Source: a virus. From it: a stretch of 50,124 nucleotides of DNA. Under the pieces are notes generated by a model that saw only the letters and a program-made list of their open reading frames with translations, had not been told where the DNA came from and did not search any database. The position numbers and the translations under genes were made by a program. Position 1 is the first letter of the stretch. Every line of letters begins with the position of its first letter. The DNA is taken from IMG/VR virus record IMGVR_UViG_3300026288_000005, positions 1 to 50,124 of that record; one strand, written 5' to 3'. Below are positions 17,275-25,922 of the stretch, one piece after another.

Positions 17275-19244
17275 CTTCCACCTCCTGATAGTTCAAACCC
17301 GATAGATCGCACCGTCCAGGCCCATGCCACCGAGCGCACGGCCCAGCCGAACACCACCCGCCGGCGCGCGAGCGTGAAGATCACCTTCACGATTCGCACC
17401 AGCGAGTCAAACGAAACCGCCACATCCACGCCGCTGCCCGCGTCCAGCACAGCCAGCGCCGCCCGCACCTCTCCCAGCACATCCAGCGCCTGGCCAAGGT
17501 CCGCCACCGGCACATTGACCGCAATGCTCCCAACCGCATCAGCGCCCGCCGCCGCGTCAGCAACCGCCAGCAGCGCCGCCGTCAGCAGCCCGTCCGCGCC
17601 CGTCCCGCTGTCCGAGAGCGTCAGCGCCACCTGCACCCCGATGCCGTCCGCGCCCACGCCCTCGTCGAGTACGGCCAGCGGCGCGACTTGGACGCCAACC
17701 AGGTCAGCCCCAACGCCCGCATCGAGGATCGCCTTCAGCGCCTCCAAGCTCAGCGCCACCAGGTCAGCAGCCGCACCGGCGTCGCTGACCGTCAGCGTTA
17801 CGGCCACAGCATAGGAGTCAACTCCCACGCCGCTGTCCAGCACCTGGAGCGTCACGCCTGGCGGGAGCACAGCGTCCACGCCTGCGCCGGCGTCAAGGAT
17901 CTGTTTCAGCGCCTCGGTCAGCAGGCTCAGCGCCTCGTCTCCGCTGCCGGCGTCTGCGACGCTTACCGAGGCCGCCAGCGAAAGCGTTTCCCCGCCTGCG
18001 CCCGCATCGGCCAGCGCAAACGTCACCGTGACGCTGCCCAGGCTGTCGAGCGCCGCACCCGCATCGGCAATGGCGATGAGCACCAACCGCAGGATGCTGT
18101 CAGCCCCGGCCCCGGCATCCATCAGCGAGAGCGTCACGCTGACCGCCTGGTCGTCTTCGCCCGCGCCGGAGTCTGTCACGCTCAGCGATGCGGCCATGTT
18201 GCCCGGCTCGTCCGCGCCCGCGCCTGCATCGCTCACGCCTAGCAGCGCCGCTACGCCCGTCAGGAGGTCAATCCCGGCTCCGCTGTCGGTCTGAGACAGC
18301 AGCGCCGCCACCTGTGCCAGCGCGTCAGAGCCACTCCCTGAATCCGCCGCCGCTATGCCGACCAGCAGAGCCAAGACGTCCGACGCCGACCCCGACTCTG
18401 CCAACCCCAAGGCAGTGAACAATGCACCAAGCGCGTCCGTCCCGGCCCCGCTGTCGCTCAACCCCAGCGCCGCCCGCAACTGGGCCAGCGCATCCGTCCC
18501 CACACCGCTGTCAGTCGTTGCCAGCGCAGCCGACCGCGCCCCAAACCCATCCGCTCCAGCCCCGCTGTCACTCAACCCCAGCGCAACCCGCAACTGCGCC
18601 AGCGCGTCCGTTCCGCTGCCGCTGTCCGTGACCGTCTTGGTCGTCCCCCCAAAACTCGGCCCCGTCTCCCACGTCGGCGATCCCACTGCCGTCAGGTGGC
18701 GGGCGTTGCCGCTGATGTCGTTAGCGTCCGACACCAACGGCCAGTTGGCCCACAGGTTGGAGGTGCGCACCACTGTCGCGCTTGCCTGCTCGGCAGCGAT
18801 CTCGCTTTGCGACAACACTGCCTGCCAAGCGCGCGCCCGTTCTATGCGGCCATTGAGCCAGCTTGTCCCGCCATTGCCGCCGAACAGCAGAAAAGCAGGC
18901 GATAGGGCAGAGTTCCAACTGAAACTCGCATCCAGCGCACCATTTACGTACAGCTCATAATCGCCGCCGCCCTTGTTGACATAGCCAATGTGATACCACG
19001 TCCCCACGCTCAGGTTTGACCCCGTGTCGCCCGAAAACTGGTTCTCGATGCCGACGCTTGTGCCGTCCGCCGCCAGGAACACATCGTCCCAGCCCGTGGC
19101 GTCGGCGTTGAACAGGATCATCGGCGCACCCGTGGCGTTGCGGTCCACGCTGATATACATCCAAAAACAGATGGTCAGCGGCGAACTGGACGGCGCCGGC
19201 GCGACATAGAGATATTCGCCTGAGGTGTCAATGCGAACGGCCAT
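17271..19244 (-). CDS. tail fibre/adhesin: LamG/ConA-like domain plus about 22 repeats of 18-20 aa
   Basis: LTICFW..GTWYHI..LYVNG..LNGRI..LSQSEI; repeats of L-x-x-x-D-(S/A)-G-x-G-x-D. Confidence 0.75.
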   Translation of the reverse strand: MAVRIDTSGEYLYVAPAPSSSPLTICFWMYISVDRNATGAPMILFNADATGWDDVFLAADGTSVGIENQFSGDTGSNLSVGTWYHIGYVNKGGGDYELYVNGALDASFSWNSALSPAFLLFGGNGGTSWLNGRIERARAWQAVLSQSEIAAEQASATVVRTSNLWANWPLVSDANDISGNARHLTAVGSPTWETGPSFGGTTKTVTDSGSGTDALAQLRVALGLSDSGAGADGFGARSAALATTDSGVGTDALAQLRAALGLSDSGAGTDALGALFTALGLAESGSASDVLALLVGIAAADSGSGSDALAQVAALLSQTDSGAGIDLLTGVAALLGVSDAGAGADEPGNMAASLSVTDSGAGEDDQAVSVTLSLMDAGAGADSILRLVLIAIADAGAALDSLGSVTVTFALADAGAGGETLSLAASVSVADAGSGDEALSLLTEALKQILDAGAGVDAVLPPGVTLQVLDSGVGVDSYAVAVTLTVSDAGAAADLVALSLEALKAILDAGVGADLVGVQVAPLAVLDEGVGADGIGVQVALTLSDSGTGADGLLTAALLAVADAAAGADAVGSIAVNVPVADLGQALDVLGEVRAALAVLDAGSGVDVAVSFDSLVRIVKVIFTLARRRVVFGWAVRSVAWAWTVRSIGFELSGGGR

Positions 19245-19247
19245 AGC

Positions 19248-22200
19248 CTACTGCGCCGCCTCCATGACCTGCTGTGCCAGCGCCGTCACGCTCACGCCGA
19301 GCTCGCTCTGAATCCGGGCCTCCATCGGCCACGGCCACAACGGCTCGCCGGTCAGCGTCCTGTCCACATAGCGTCGGTCCAACACGGGCGCACCCGCCTT
19401 CACAGCCAGCGCCGCACCCATCGTGTTGTGCATCTGCCCGTTGCCCTGCTGCTGCTCCGCATAAGTCAGGTACGCGCCGTTGCCGAACGCGCTGTAGCGT
19501 TCCAGCGTGTTGCCGCCCACAGCGCCTGCCGCAAACGGTCTTGCCGCCAGGATTCCGATGCCTACGTTGCCCGCCGCCAGCACGTCGCGGAACACGTTGT
19601 TCTGCATCGTGCCCTGGCCCCACAGCAGGACGCCCACGCGCTGGCCTGCCCACTCCCACTGCGTCACAATGTCGCAGTTTGTCGGCCCTGGTCGCTGCGC
19701 AGGCTGCGCCAGCCCCGTGCCATAGGTCGAGATGGCCCCATCCAGTTCGCGCCCGCTCAGCAGCGCCATGCTGCCTAAGACTGCGTTGTTGCTGGCCACC
19801 GCCGTGTCGCCGTTCGCCTGCACCATGATGCCCGCCGTAGGCGCAAGCCCGTAGGAGATGACATTCTCCAGCGTGTTGTTCGACGTGTTGTAGACGCCAA
19901 AGCCATAGCCGTGCGGCCACTGCACCCCGCAGAACTTGCGCCCATCCCAGCGCCCGTACATGGCAAACGCCCGGCGGATGGTGTTGCCGGAGCCGCCGAT
20001 CATGTTGAACATGTAGCGGCCCGTTCCTGCGGCCACCGCATCCTCAATCAGGTTGTTGCTGCCGATGACCCAGACCACCACCGTGTTGTCATCCACGTCG
20101 GCGTTGTAGGCGCTCACGCGGCGCAGCACGTTGTTGGACCCGTAGACCAGGATGGCCGCCTGCGAACCGTTGCGCGCAACGATTCCCTCAATCTGGTAGT
20201 AGTTCCCGATGGGACCGGGCCAGTATTCGCCTAGCTTGACCGGCACGCGCACGCCCTGGCCGTCGATAATCGCCTTGCCGTCGTTGAGCGCCCGCACGGT
20301 GATGGGCTTGCCGGGGAGTCCGTTGCGCGTGCTCGGCCAAAGTGACTCGTAGTACGTTCCGTCCAGCAGGCACAGCACGTCACCTGGTTGGAGCGTCTGC
20401 CACGCGCGGGCAAAGGTGCGCCAGGGGGCAGTCTGAGATGCACCCGTTGCCGCGTCTGACCCCGAAGGCGAGAGATAGCGAGTGCAGCCAGCCACGCCAG
20501 CTGGCGTGGCGCTTGGCGTCGTCTGCGGCGTGGGCGGCGGCGCAGCGGTAGGCGGCGGCGGCGTTGGGGATGCGACGCGGGTGGGTGTTGGCGTCCATGT
20601 GCTAGTTGGCCCTGTTGTGACGGTGGGCGTCGAAGTCGGAGCGTAGGGAGTCGTAGTAGGCGGCGGCGTTCTCGTCGCCGCTGTTGCGACGCTCGTTGGC
20701 GATGGCGTTGAGGACGGCGGCAATGGCGTCGCTGTAGCCGTCATCGTAGCCGCGCTTGTAGTCTGCGCTGGCGTTATTGTCGGTGTTGCTGTCCATGTTG
20801 GCTGTCCCCCTCCCAGGGTGTACGCAATCCGCACGATGGGCGGTTCGGCCCCCTCGCGGCTGCTGAAGTACTTCCCGCTGTGATACTGGCCGGCAGCCGT
20901 GTAAAGCGCCATGCTGCTCCAGTTGCGCCCATCTCCTAAGGCCCGCTTGACAATCTCCGTCACATCGAAGGAGTAGAGGATGCCTGGGTTGCAGTACCAG
21001 TAGGGCGTCGGCGAACAGTCGCCGGGCAGCGGCATGACCCGCGTGCGCCCCACGTTCTCGGCGGGCAGCGGCGCATTGTCCCAGGTAATGGTAGTCTCCT
21101 GCCACGGCTGCTCCACCTCGTACACCTGCATGACGGTGATTCCGGTCCCGCCGTTCGTGTTGATGGAGCCGTCCGAGTTGTAGCCGGGGTTGTAACCGGC
21201 GTTGCCGAACTGGCGCATCTCGACCGTAGCGGACACGACCTGTGCGCCGGCGGGCAGGCTGGACAGTGACCACGCCGCATAATACTTGGAATAGCAGGGC
21301 CAATCAGCCGTGTCCCACTGGTTTTGAATGTTTACGTAGGGGGACGCACCCAAGGGCCGCAACACCCCGCCCAGGTAGCCCAGATTTTCAGTGCCCCACC
21401 GCTCGAAGAAGGACGTGCTGCGCCCGCCGCTGGGATCATCGTCGCCGCCGCAGTCCGTCCCGCCGCCCAGCATCGCATCCGCCGTCAGCAGCGTGCGCAC
21501 CGTTTGCGCACCCGCCGCCGTGCGCCCCGCGTAGTCCGGCAGGCCCCAGCGCAGTGCCCCTGCCCAACCGTCGCCATAGGCCGACGCGGACAGGTCCCAC
21601 ACGTCCCCGGCAGCCGGACGCCCGCCCACCTCCGACCAGGGGATCGCCCGGTAAGCCGACCAGCCGCGGCAACTGCCCGGTGTCCCGCCGCAGCGGTCGC
21701 CAAACTCCCATCCCGGCGTGCTGCGATACGTCACCGGAAGGCTGCGCCCATTGATGGACATTACCACCTGTCCCGCCGCCTCCGGGCGCATCACCTGGAT
21801 GTAGGCCAGCATGTGCGTGCTCGCACCTACCAATCGCACCTGCACATAATCCCCATCCGGCGACACGTCCCCGAACCAGAGGATTGCCCACTGGTTGGCG
21901 TCCAAGGCGGGGTCCCCCGGCGCAACGTCCATCAGCGGCGCGTTGGTGCGCAGGCCCGTAACCGGCGTTACAGGGGTTGCCGTGGGCGATGGCGTGACCG
22001 TGGCCGGCGCGCTGGTTGGCGTAGCGGTCGCCGTCGCCGTGTTTGTCGGGCGCGGGGTGACGGTCGCCGTCGCTGTAGGCTGCACGGTGTTGGTCGCCGT
22101 GCTGGTAGGCTGCGGGGTGACGGTCGCCGTGTTCGTTGGCAGTGGCGTGGCCGTGGCCGTGGCCGTGTTGGTCGCCGTCGCCTGCGGCACACAGCGCGCA

Positions 22201-22343
22201 TCGAACGCCCCGTCAGGTGAGACCATGACCTCACAGTCATAGCCGCCCGCGTCCTGCGCAGCCGCGGCCTGCCACATGCCGAGCGCCACAAGCGCCGCTG
22301 CGACGAGGAACACAATGAGGTACAGCCAGTATCGCCTATTCAC
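19248..22343 (-). CDS. secreted multidomain protein: signal peptide, Thr/Pro linkers, DNRLRE-like domain, pectate-lyase-like beta-helix
   Basis: MNRRYWLYLIVFLVAAALVALGMWQAAAAQ; LPAGAQVVSATV..WQETTITWDNAP..FDVT; YLSPSGSD..PWRT..LQPGDVLCLLDGTY. Confidence 0.75.
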   Translation of the reverse strand: MNRRYWLYLIVFLVAAALVALGMWQAAAAQDAGGYDCEVMVSPDGAFDARCVPQATATNTATATATPLPTNTATVTPQPTSTATNTVQPTATATVTPRPTNTATATATPTSAPATVTPSPTATPVTPVTGLRTNAPLMDVAPGDPALDANQWAILWFGDVSPDGDYVQVRLVGASTHMLAYIQVMRPEAAGQVVMSINGRSLPVTYRSTPGWEFGDRCGGTPGSCRGWSAYRAIPWSEVGGRPAAGDVWDLSASAYGDGWAGALRWGLPDYAGRTAAGAQTVRTLLTADAMLGGGTDCGGDDDPSGGRSTSFFERWGTENLGYLGGVLRPLGASPYVNIQNQWDTADWPCYSKYYAAWSLSSLPAGAQVVSATVEMRQFGNAGYNPGYNSDGSINTNGGTGITVMQVYEVEQPWQETTITWDNAPLPAENVGRTRVMPLPGDCSPTPYWYCNPGILYSFDVTEIVKRALGDGRNWSSMALYTAAGQYHSGKYFSSREGAEPPIVRIAYTLGGGQPTWTATPTITPAQTTSAATMTATATPLPPSSTPSPTSVATAATRTPPPTTTPYAPTSTPTVTTGPTSTWTPTPTRVASPTPPPPTAAPPPTPQTTPSATPAGVAGCTRYLSPSGSDAATGASQTAPWRTFARAWQTLQPGDVLCLLDGTYYESLWPSTRNGLPGKPITVRALNDGKAIIDGQGVRVPVKLGEYWPGPIGNYYQIEGIVARNGSQAAILVYGSNNVLRRVSAYNADVDDNTVVVWVIGSNNLIEDAVAAGTGRYMFNMIGGSGNTIRRAFAMYGRWDGRKFCGVQWPHGYGFGVYNTSNNTLENVISYGLAPTAGIMVQANGDTAVASNNAVLGSMALLSGRELDGAISTYGTGLAQPAQRPGPTNCDIVTQWEWAGQRVGVLLWGQGTMQNNVFRDVLAAGNVGIGILAARPFAAGAVGGNTLERYSAFGNGAYLTYAEQQQGNGQMHNTMGAALAVKAGAPVLDRRYVDRTLTGEPLWPWPMEARIQSELGVSVTALAQQVMEAAQ

Positions 22344-22668
22344 GCCCAGCCTCCTGGCCTGCCTGTTGCGTCTGCTGCAACTGTTGCAGCGCGCCCACCG
22401 CCCCCTGCACGCGCAGCAACTCCTGCTCTTGCTCCTGGATGCGCGCCTTGCGCTGCACAATCTCCGCCGCCAGCGACTCCGCCGTGCGCTCGCGGCCAAT
22501 CAGTTCCTCACGCTGCTGCACGAGGCCCAGCGTCAACACCCCCAAACGCTCCGCCGCCTGCTGAAACTGCGCTTGCAGTGGGTCAACCTTGGCCGGGGCT
22601 GGGGCCGGTGTGGGTGTCGCCGCTTCCGCTGGTTCCTGCACCTGCGCCTGTTGTTCTTGCGTTTCCAT
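22336..22668 (-). CDS. Gln-rich coiled-coil protein (possible fibre chaperone)
   Basis: AGGAG SD; heptad-like pattern. Confidence 0.6.
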   Translation of the reverse strand: METQEQQAQVQEPAEAATPTPAPAPAKVDPLQAQFQQAAERLGVLTLGLVQQREELIGRERTAESLAAEIVQRKARIQEQEQELLRVQGAVGALQQLQQTQQAGQEAGRE

Positions 22669-22709
22669 GCGTGTTTTTCTCCTGTCTCTGCTGTTCATGC
22701 GCGCCATAG

Positions 22710-23063
22710 CTACCCCTGAAATGGCAGATAGTGGCGCAGAATCAGCGTCTTGATAGTCAGTGTCTCCGTCGTGGCGTCCGCAAACGTCACAGTGACGCTT
22801 TGGGCCAGCAAATCCTCGAACGCATCCGTCACCGCCGCCCAGCGCCACACGTCGCGCGAGTTGTAGCCACCGTAATTCACCGGCGTCCCCACGTCGGCCC
22901 CGCCCGCCGCCTCTACTGCCGTAAAGTCCGCAGCAATGGCGTTCACGTCGTACTCTTGCGCCAACTGCTCCTGAAGCAGGGTGACTTGCTTCAGGAGTGG
23001 GAAAAACACCTTCGCCATGTTGTAGGTCACAACCTCGGCAGGCGTCGTCGCAAACGGATTCAT
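22710..23063 (-). CDS. hypothetical tail-region protein
   Basis: AGGAG SD; operon position. Confidence 0.65.
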   Translation of the reverse strand: MNPFATTPAEVVTYNMAKVFFPLLKQVTLLQEQLAQEYDVNAIAADFTAVEAAGGADVGTPVNYGGYNSRDVWRWAAVTDAFEDLLAQSVTVTFADATTETLTIKTLILRHYLPFQG

Positions 23064-23075
23064 GCTCCTATCCTC

Positions 23076-25922
23076 CTATGTCCACGTAAATGTCTTCAGC
23101 GTGCCGTTGGGCAGGCGCGCTCGTAGATTTGTTCCATCCCACCAGACAGGCAGGTGGCCGGCAAAAGCGCCCGGCGTCGCAATCTGCCCGAAGTACCATG
23201 CTCCTGCAATGCGGCTGTTGTTGCGGATGATCGCCGCGCCCGCCACATCGAGCATGTAGCCGCTGGTCAGCGCCGCGCCAATGGCCACCGCGCCCGCGCT
23301 GTAGATGCCCCAAGGCGGCACGTTGACGTAATCGGCCCCGTTGCTGGAGACCATCAGGCTGCCCATGCGCGTCTGCTGGAAGGCGGTCCCATCCGTCATC
23401 CAGAACTGGATGGCGTTCTGGCTGGTGACGAAGCCGGTGTTGCTGACCAGTTGGTTGGCCGTCACTGTCGCAGATGCCACAACTGGTCCCACCAGGTCTA
23501 TAAGATTAGATGTGATTTGAATACGCTTCGTGTTAAGGCTATTGTTTAGCGTTATTTTTGACTGACCGTAAGACCCAGTTTCCGTGGCAATAGTCAGGGA
23601 GGCCGTCTTAGACGCACCGGTCGCCCTTGCCTTCGCCAATATTTCCACGTTGTTCACTGCGGACGACATATCAATGACGCCAGCGGGGATGAAATTTAGA
23701 TAGCTAGAAAAGTCCTGATGATAGACAACAAAAGTAGAGTTTGTCCCTACCCAACTTGCACTCGTTGCAATATCGAAAATGTCAATCGACGGCTGTAAAT
23801 TGATACCGTTCGCATCGAGCCAGACTTTACCGCCCCCGGCCTCCATCTTCCCCAATGTGTTTGCGCTCCACTGGACGACATTGTTGTTGTACCCGCCGAT
23901 GCGCCCGATGCCGCTCTCGCGCCAGACGCGCAGGCCGGTGTAATCCGTGCCCAGCGCCCCCGTGCCCTGGCGAATCTCACCGCCAGTGCCAATCGTCATC
24001 ACGCCCGCGAAATAGCTGTCGCCGTCGCTCTCCAGAATGATTTTGCTGGCCGTGCCCGAACGCAGCGCCAGCGCCCCGCCCGTTTTAGACCAGTACAAAT
24101 TCGGGTTGTTTCCCGAACTGCGCCCGATGCGCACAAAGTCTGTAGCTACAGAGAAATCGCGTTCGGCCTGCGTAGCAATGCCGTCGAAGCCGAGATACAT
24201 CGTTCCGTCAGGATTCCAGATGCCGGTGTTGACGCCCGCGTTGAACATGCGGATGGGCAGGTTATTGATGCCATTCCCCGCTGCGTAGTCCGACAACCGC
24301 AGCCAGCGGTCAGTGTCCCCCGTACCTGTGCCCACGAACATGCCAAATTCATCCTGGGCAAACAAGCCGCGCAACTGCCCGGCGCGCAGGCGCACCACCT
24401 GCCCGCTGTTGGGGTGTCCCGTCCAGCGCACGAATTGCAGGTAGGGGCTGTTGGCCGCGTTCAGCCCATCAATGGCATTGACCTCGTAGAAGCCGTTGCC
24501 GCTTGTGCCGTAGTCGAGCACGATGGCGTCCGCCTGGATGACCGTCCCCGCCGCCATTGCGCCCGCGTTGGGAGCCGCCGAGCGGGTGAACGTCCAAAGC
24601 TGCGACCCGTTCAGCAGATCGACCGGATTCGTCACCACGCCCCAGCAATTCGTAATGTTGAGCGCGCCGCCGCTGCGCGAGAACTGGCGCAGGCGGATGA
24701 TGTCGCCAACCTGGAAGACCTGCATCCCCGGCGCGCTGGGCAGGTCCTTGACGTGCAGGCTCGCTATGCCGCCCGCCGCCGGAGCCGTAAAATCGCTGGC
24801 GAGCAGCGTCACGCTCTTCGTGATGATCTGCCCGCCCGCAAGCGCCTGCTCCAAGTCGGCGATAAACGCCTTGGCGTGCATCTCGTCGGTGTAGAGATAC
24901 CTGAAATCGCCTTCGCCCGCTCCTGTGATTCGCACCCCTGTCGTCTGGCTGGCGTAGTTGTGGCTTTGCAGCGCCACGCCCGCTTGCAGTTTGACAAGGG
25001 AGGAGCCGGGTTCGAGCAGCAGGTCAACCGCGGGCGCAAGCGAGAGATGGCCGCTGGCCGTATCCACTAGCGGCGTGCGTACGCGGGTGGACAGGTAAGC
25101 CGCCGCCGAGCGCAGCGCGACCGACGCACGCGCCTCGCCAAGCACGTCCAATTCGTAGCTGGGCGCATCCGTACCAATGCCAAGGCGGCCCGTGTCCGTG
25201 AAGCGGAACAACTCAGCGAAGCCGGTCGTCGTGCTGCTGTTGTGCCCGACAATCAGGGCGTTGCCACTGGATAGGTTGTTGTCGCTGTCCAGGCTGACAT
25301 ACAGCGAGCCCTCAGCCGCCAAAAACGCGTTGCCCGTAAACTGGATGTCCGGCTCCGTCCCGATGTTGCCGGAACCGCCGAATATCATGGCCCCGCCAAT
25401 CGCCAAGCCCTTCAGCCCAATCTCGCCAGCGGCGTTGGATTTAAGATAAGCCTCAGCCGCACCCGAACGCACATCGCTCGATGGCGTGCGCAGGCCCACG
25501 GTGTTCGCAGCCGTCAAGCTCACCACGTCCCACGCATCGCCGCTCGCGCCCAGGTCGCCAACCATCAATTGCGCCATGCGCGCCGCATTGCTCGCCGTGG
25601 CGCGCAGCACCCATCCGGCCATAGCTCCGCTGACCGTGTGGTCAGGCCCAAGTCCAGCGTTAGTTGCCAGCACGTGCGAGCGCGCATGGTGCGCGTCGGG
25701 GTCGCCTGTATGGGTCGTGAACTCCGTATCGGTGACGGCCCAAAGGGCCTGGCTTGCCGCAAGCTGGCCGGTGTGGATGGACGTGTCAGAGAGCGCGTGC
25801 GCGGCAATCCCGCCGCCGCCGCCCGAACTGGTGGCTGCCGCACCGCCAGCGGTCAGGATGCGGCGAATGTCCTCGACAACAAACGGCTGGATGGCCCGGT
25901 ACTCACTGCTGTAGCGCCTCAT
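23076..25922 (-). CDS. large minor tail/tail fibre protein
   Basis: 948 aa, Gly/Ser/Thr-rich, GRLGIGTDAP motif, follows hub-like gene. Confidence 0.75.
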   Translation of the reverse strand: MRRYSSEYRAIQPFVVEDIRRILTAGGAAATSSGGGGGIAAHALSDTSIHTGQLAASQALWAVTDTEFTTHTGDPDAHHARSHVLATNAGLGPDHTVSGAMAGWVLRATASNAARMAQLMVGDLGASGDAWDVVSLTAANTVGLRTPSSDVRSGAAEAYLKSNAAGEIGLKGLAIGGAMIFGGSGNIGTEPDIQFTGNAFLAAEGSLYVSLDSDNNLSSGNALIVGHNSSTTTGFAELFRFTDTGRLGIGTDAPSYELDVLGEARASVALRSAAAYLSTRVRTPLVDTASGHLSLAPAVDLLLEPGSSLVKLQAGVALQSHNYASQTTGVRITGAGEGDFRYLYTDEMHAKAFIADLEQALAGGQIITKSVTLLASDFTAPAAGGIASLHVKDLPSAPGMQVFQVGDIIRLRQFSRSGGALNITNCWGVVTNPVDLLNGSQLWTFTRSAAPNAGAMAAGTVIQADAIVLDYGTSGNGFYEVNAIDGLNAANSPYLQFVRWTGHPNSGQVVRLRAGQLRGLFAQDEFGMFVGTGTGDTDRWLRLSDYAAGNGINNLPIRMFNAGVNTGIWNPDGTMYLGFDGIATQAERDFSVATDFVRIGRSSGNNPNLYWSKTGGALALRSGTASKIILESDGDSYFAGVMTIGTGGEIRQGTGALGTDYTGLRVWRESGIGRIGGYNNNVVQWSANTLGKMEAGGGKVWLDANGINLQPSIDIFDIATSASWVGTNSTFVVYHQDFSSYLNFIPAGVIDMSSAVNNVEILAKARATGASKTASLTIATETGSYGQSKITLNNSLNTKRIQITSNLIDLVGPVVASATVTANQLVSNTGFVTSQNAIQFWMTDGTAFQQTRMGSLMVSSNGADYVNVPPWGIYSAGAVAIGAALTSGYMLDVAGAAIIRNNSRIAGAWYFGQIATPGAFAGHLPVWWDGTNLRARLPNGTLKTFTWT

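Noticed and set aside
20380..20598. Second alternative-frame ORF (MDANTHP...) in the linker
   Set aside because: ATG arises from T-W-T codons, there is no SD, and the product is not protein-like
17271..25922. Diversity-generating retroelement targeting the fibres
   Set aside because: No reverse transcriptase and no adenine-mismatched repeat pair noticed
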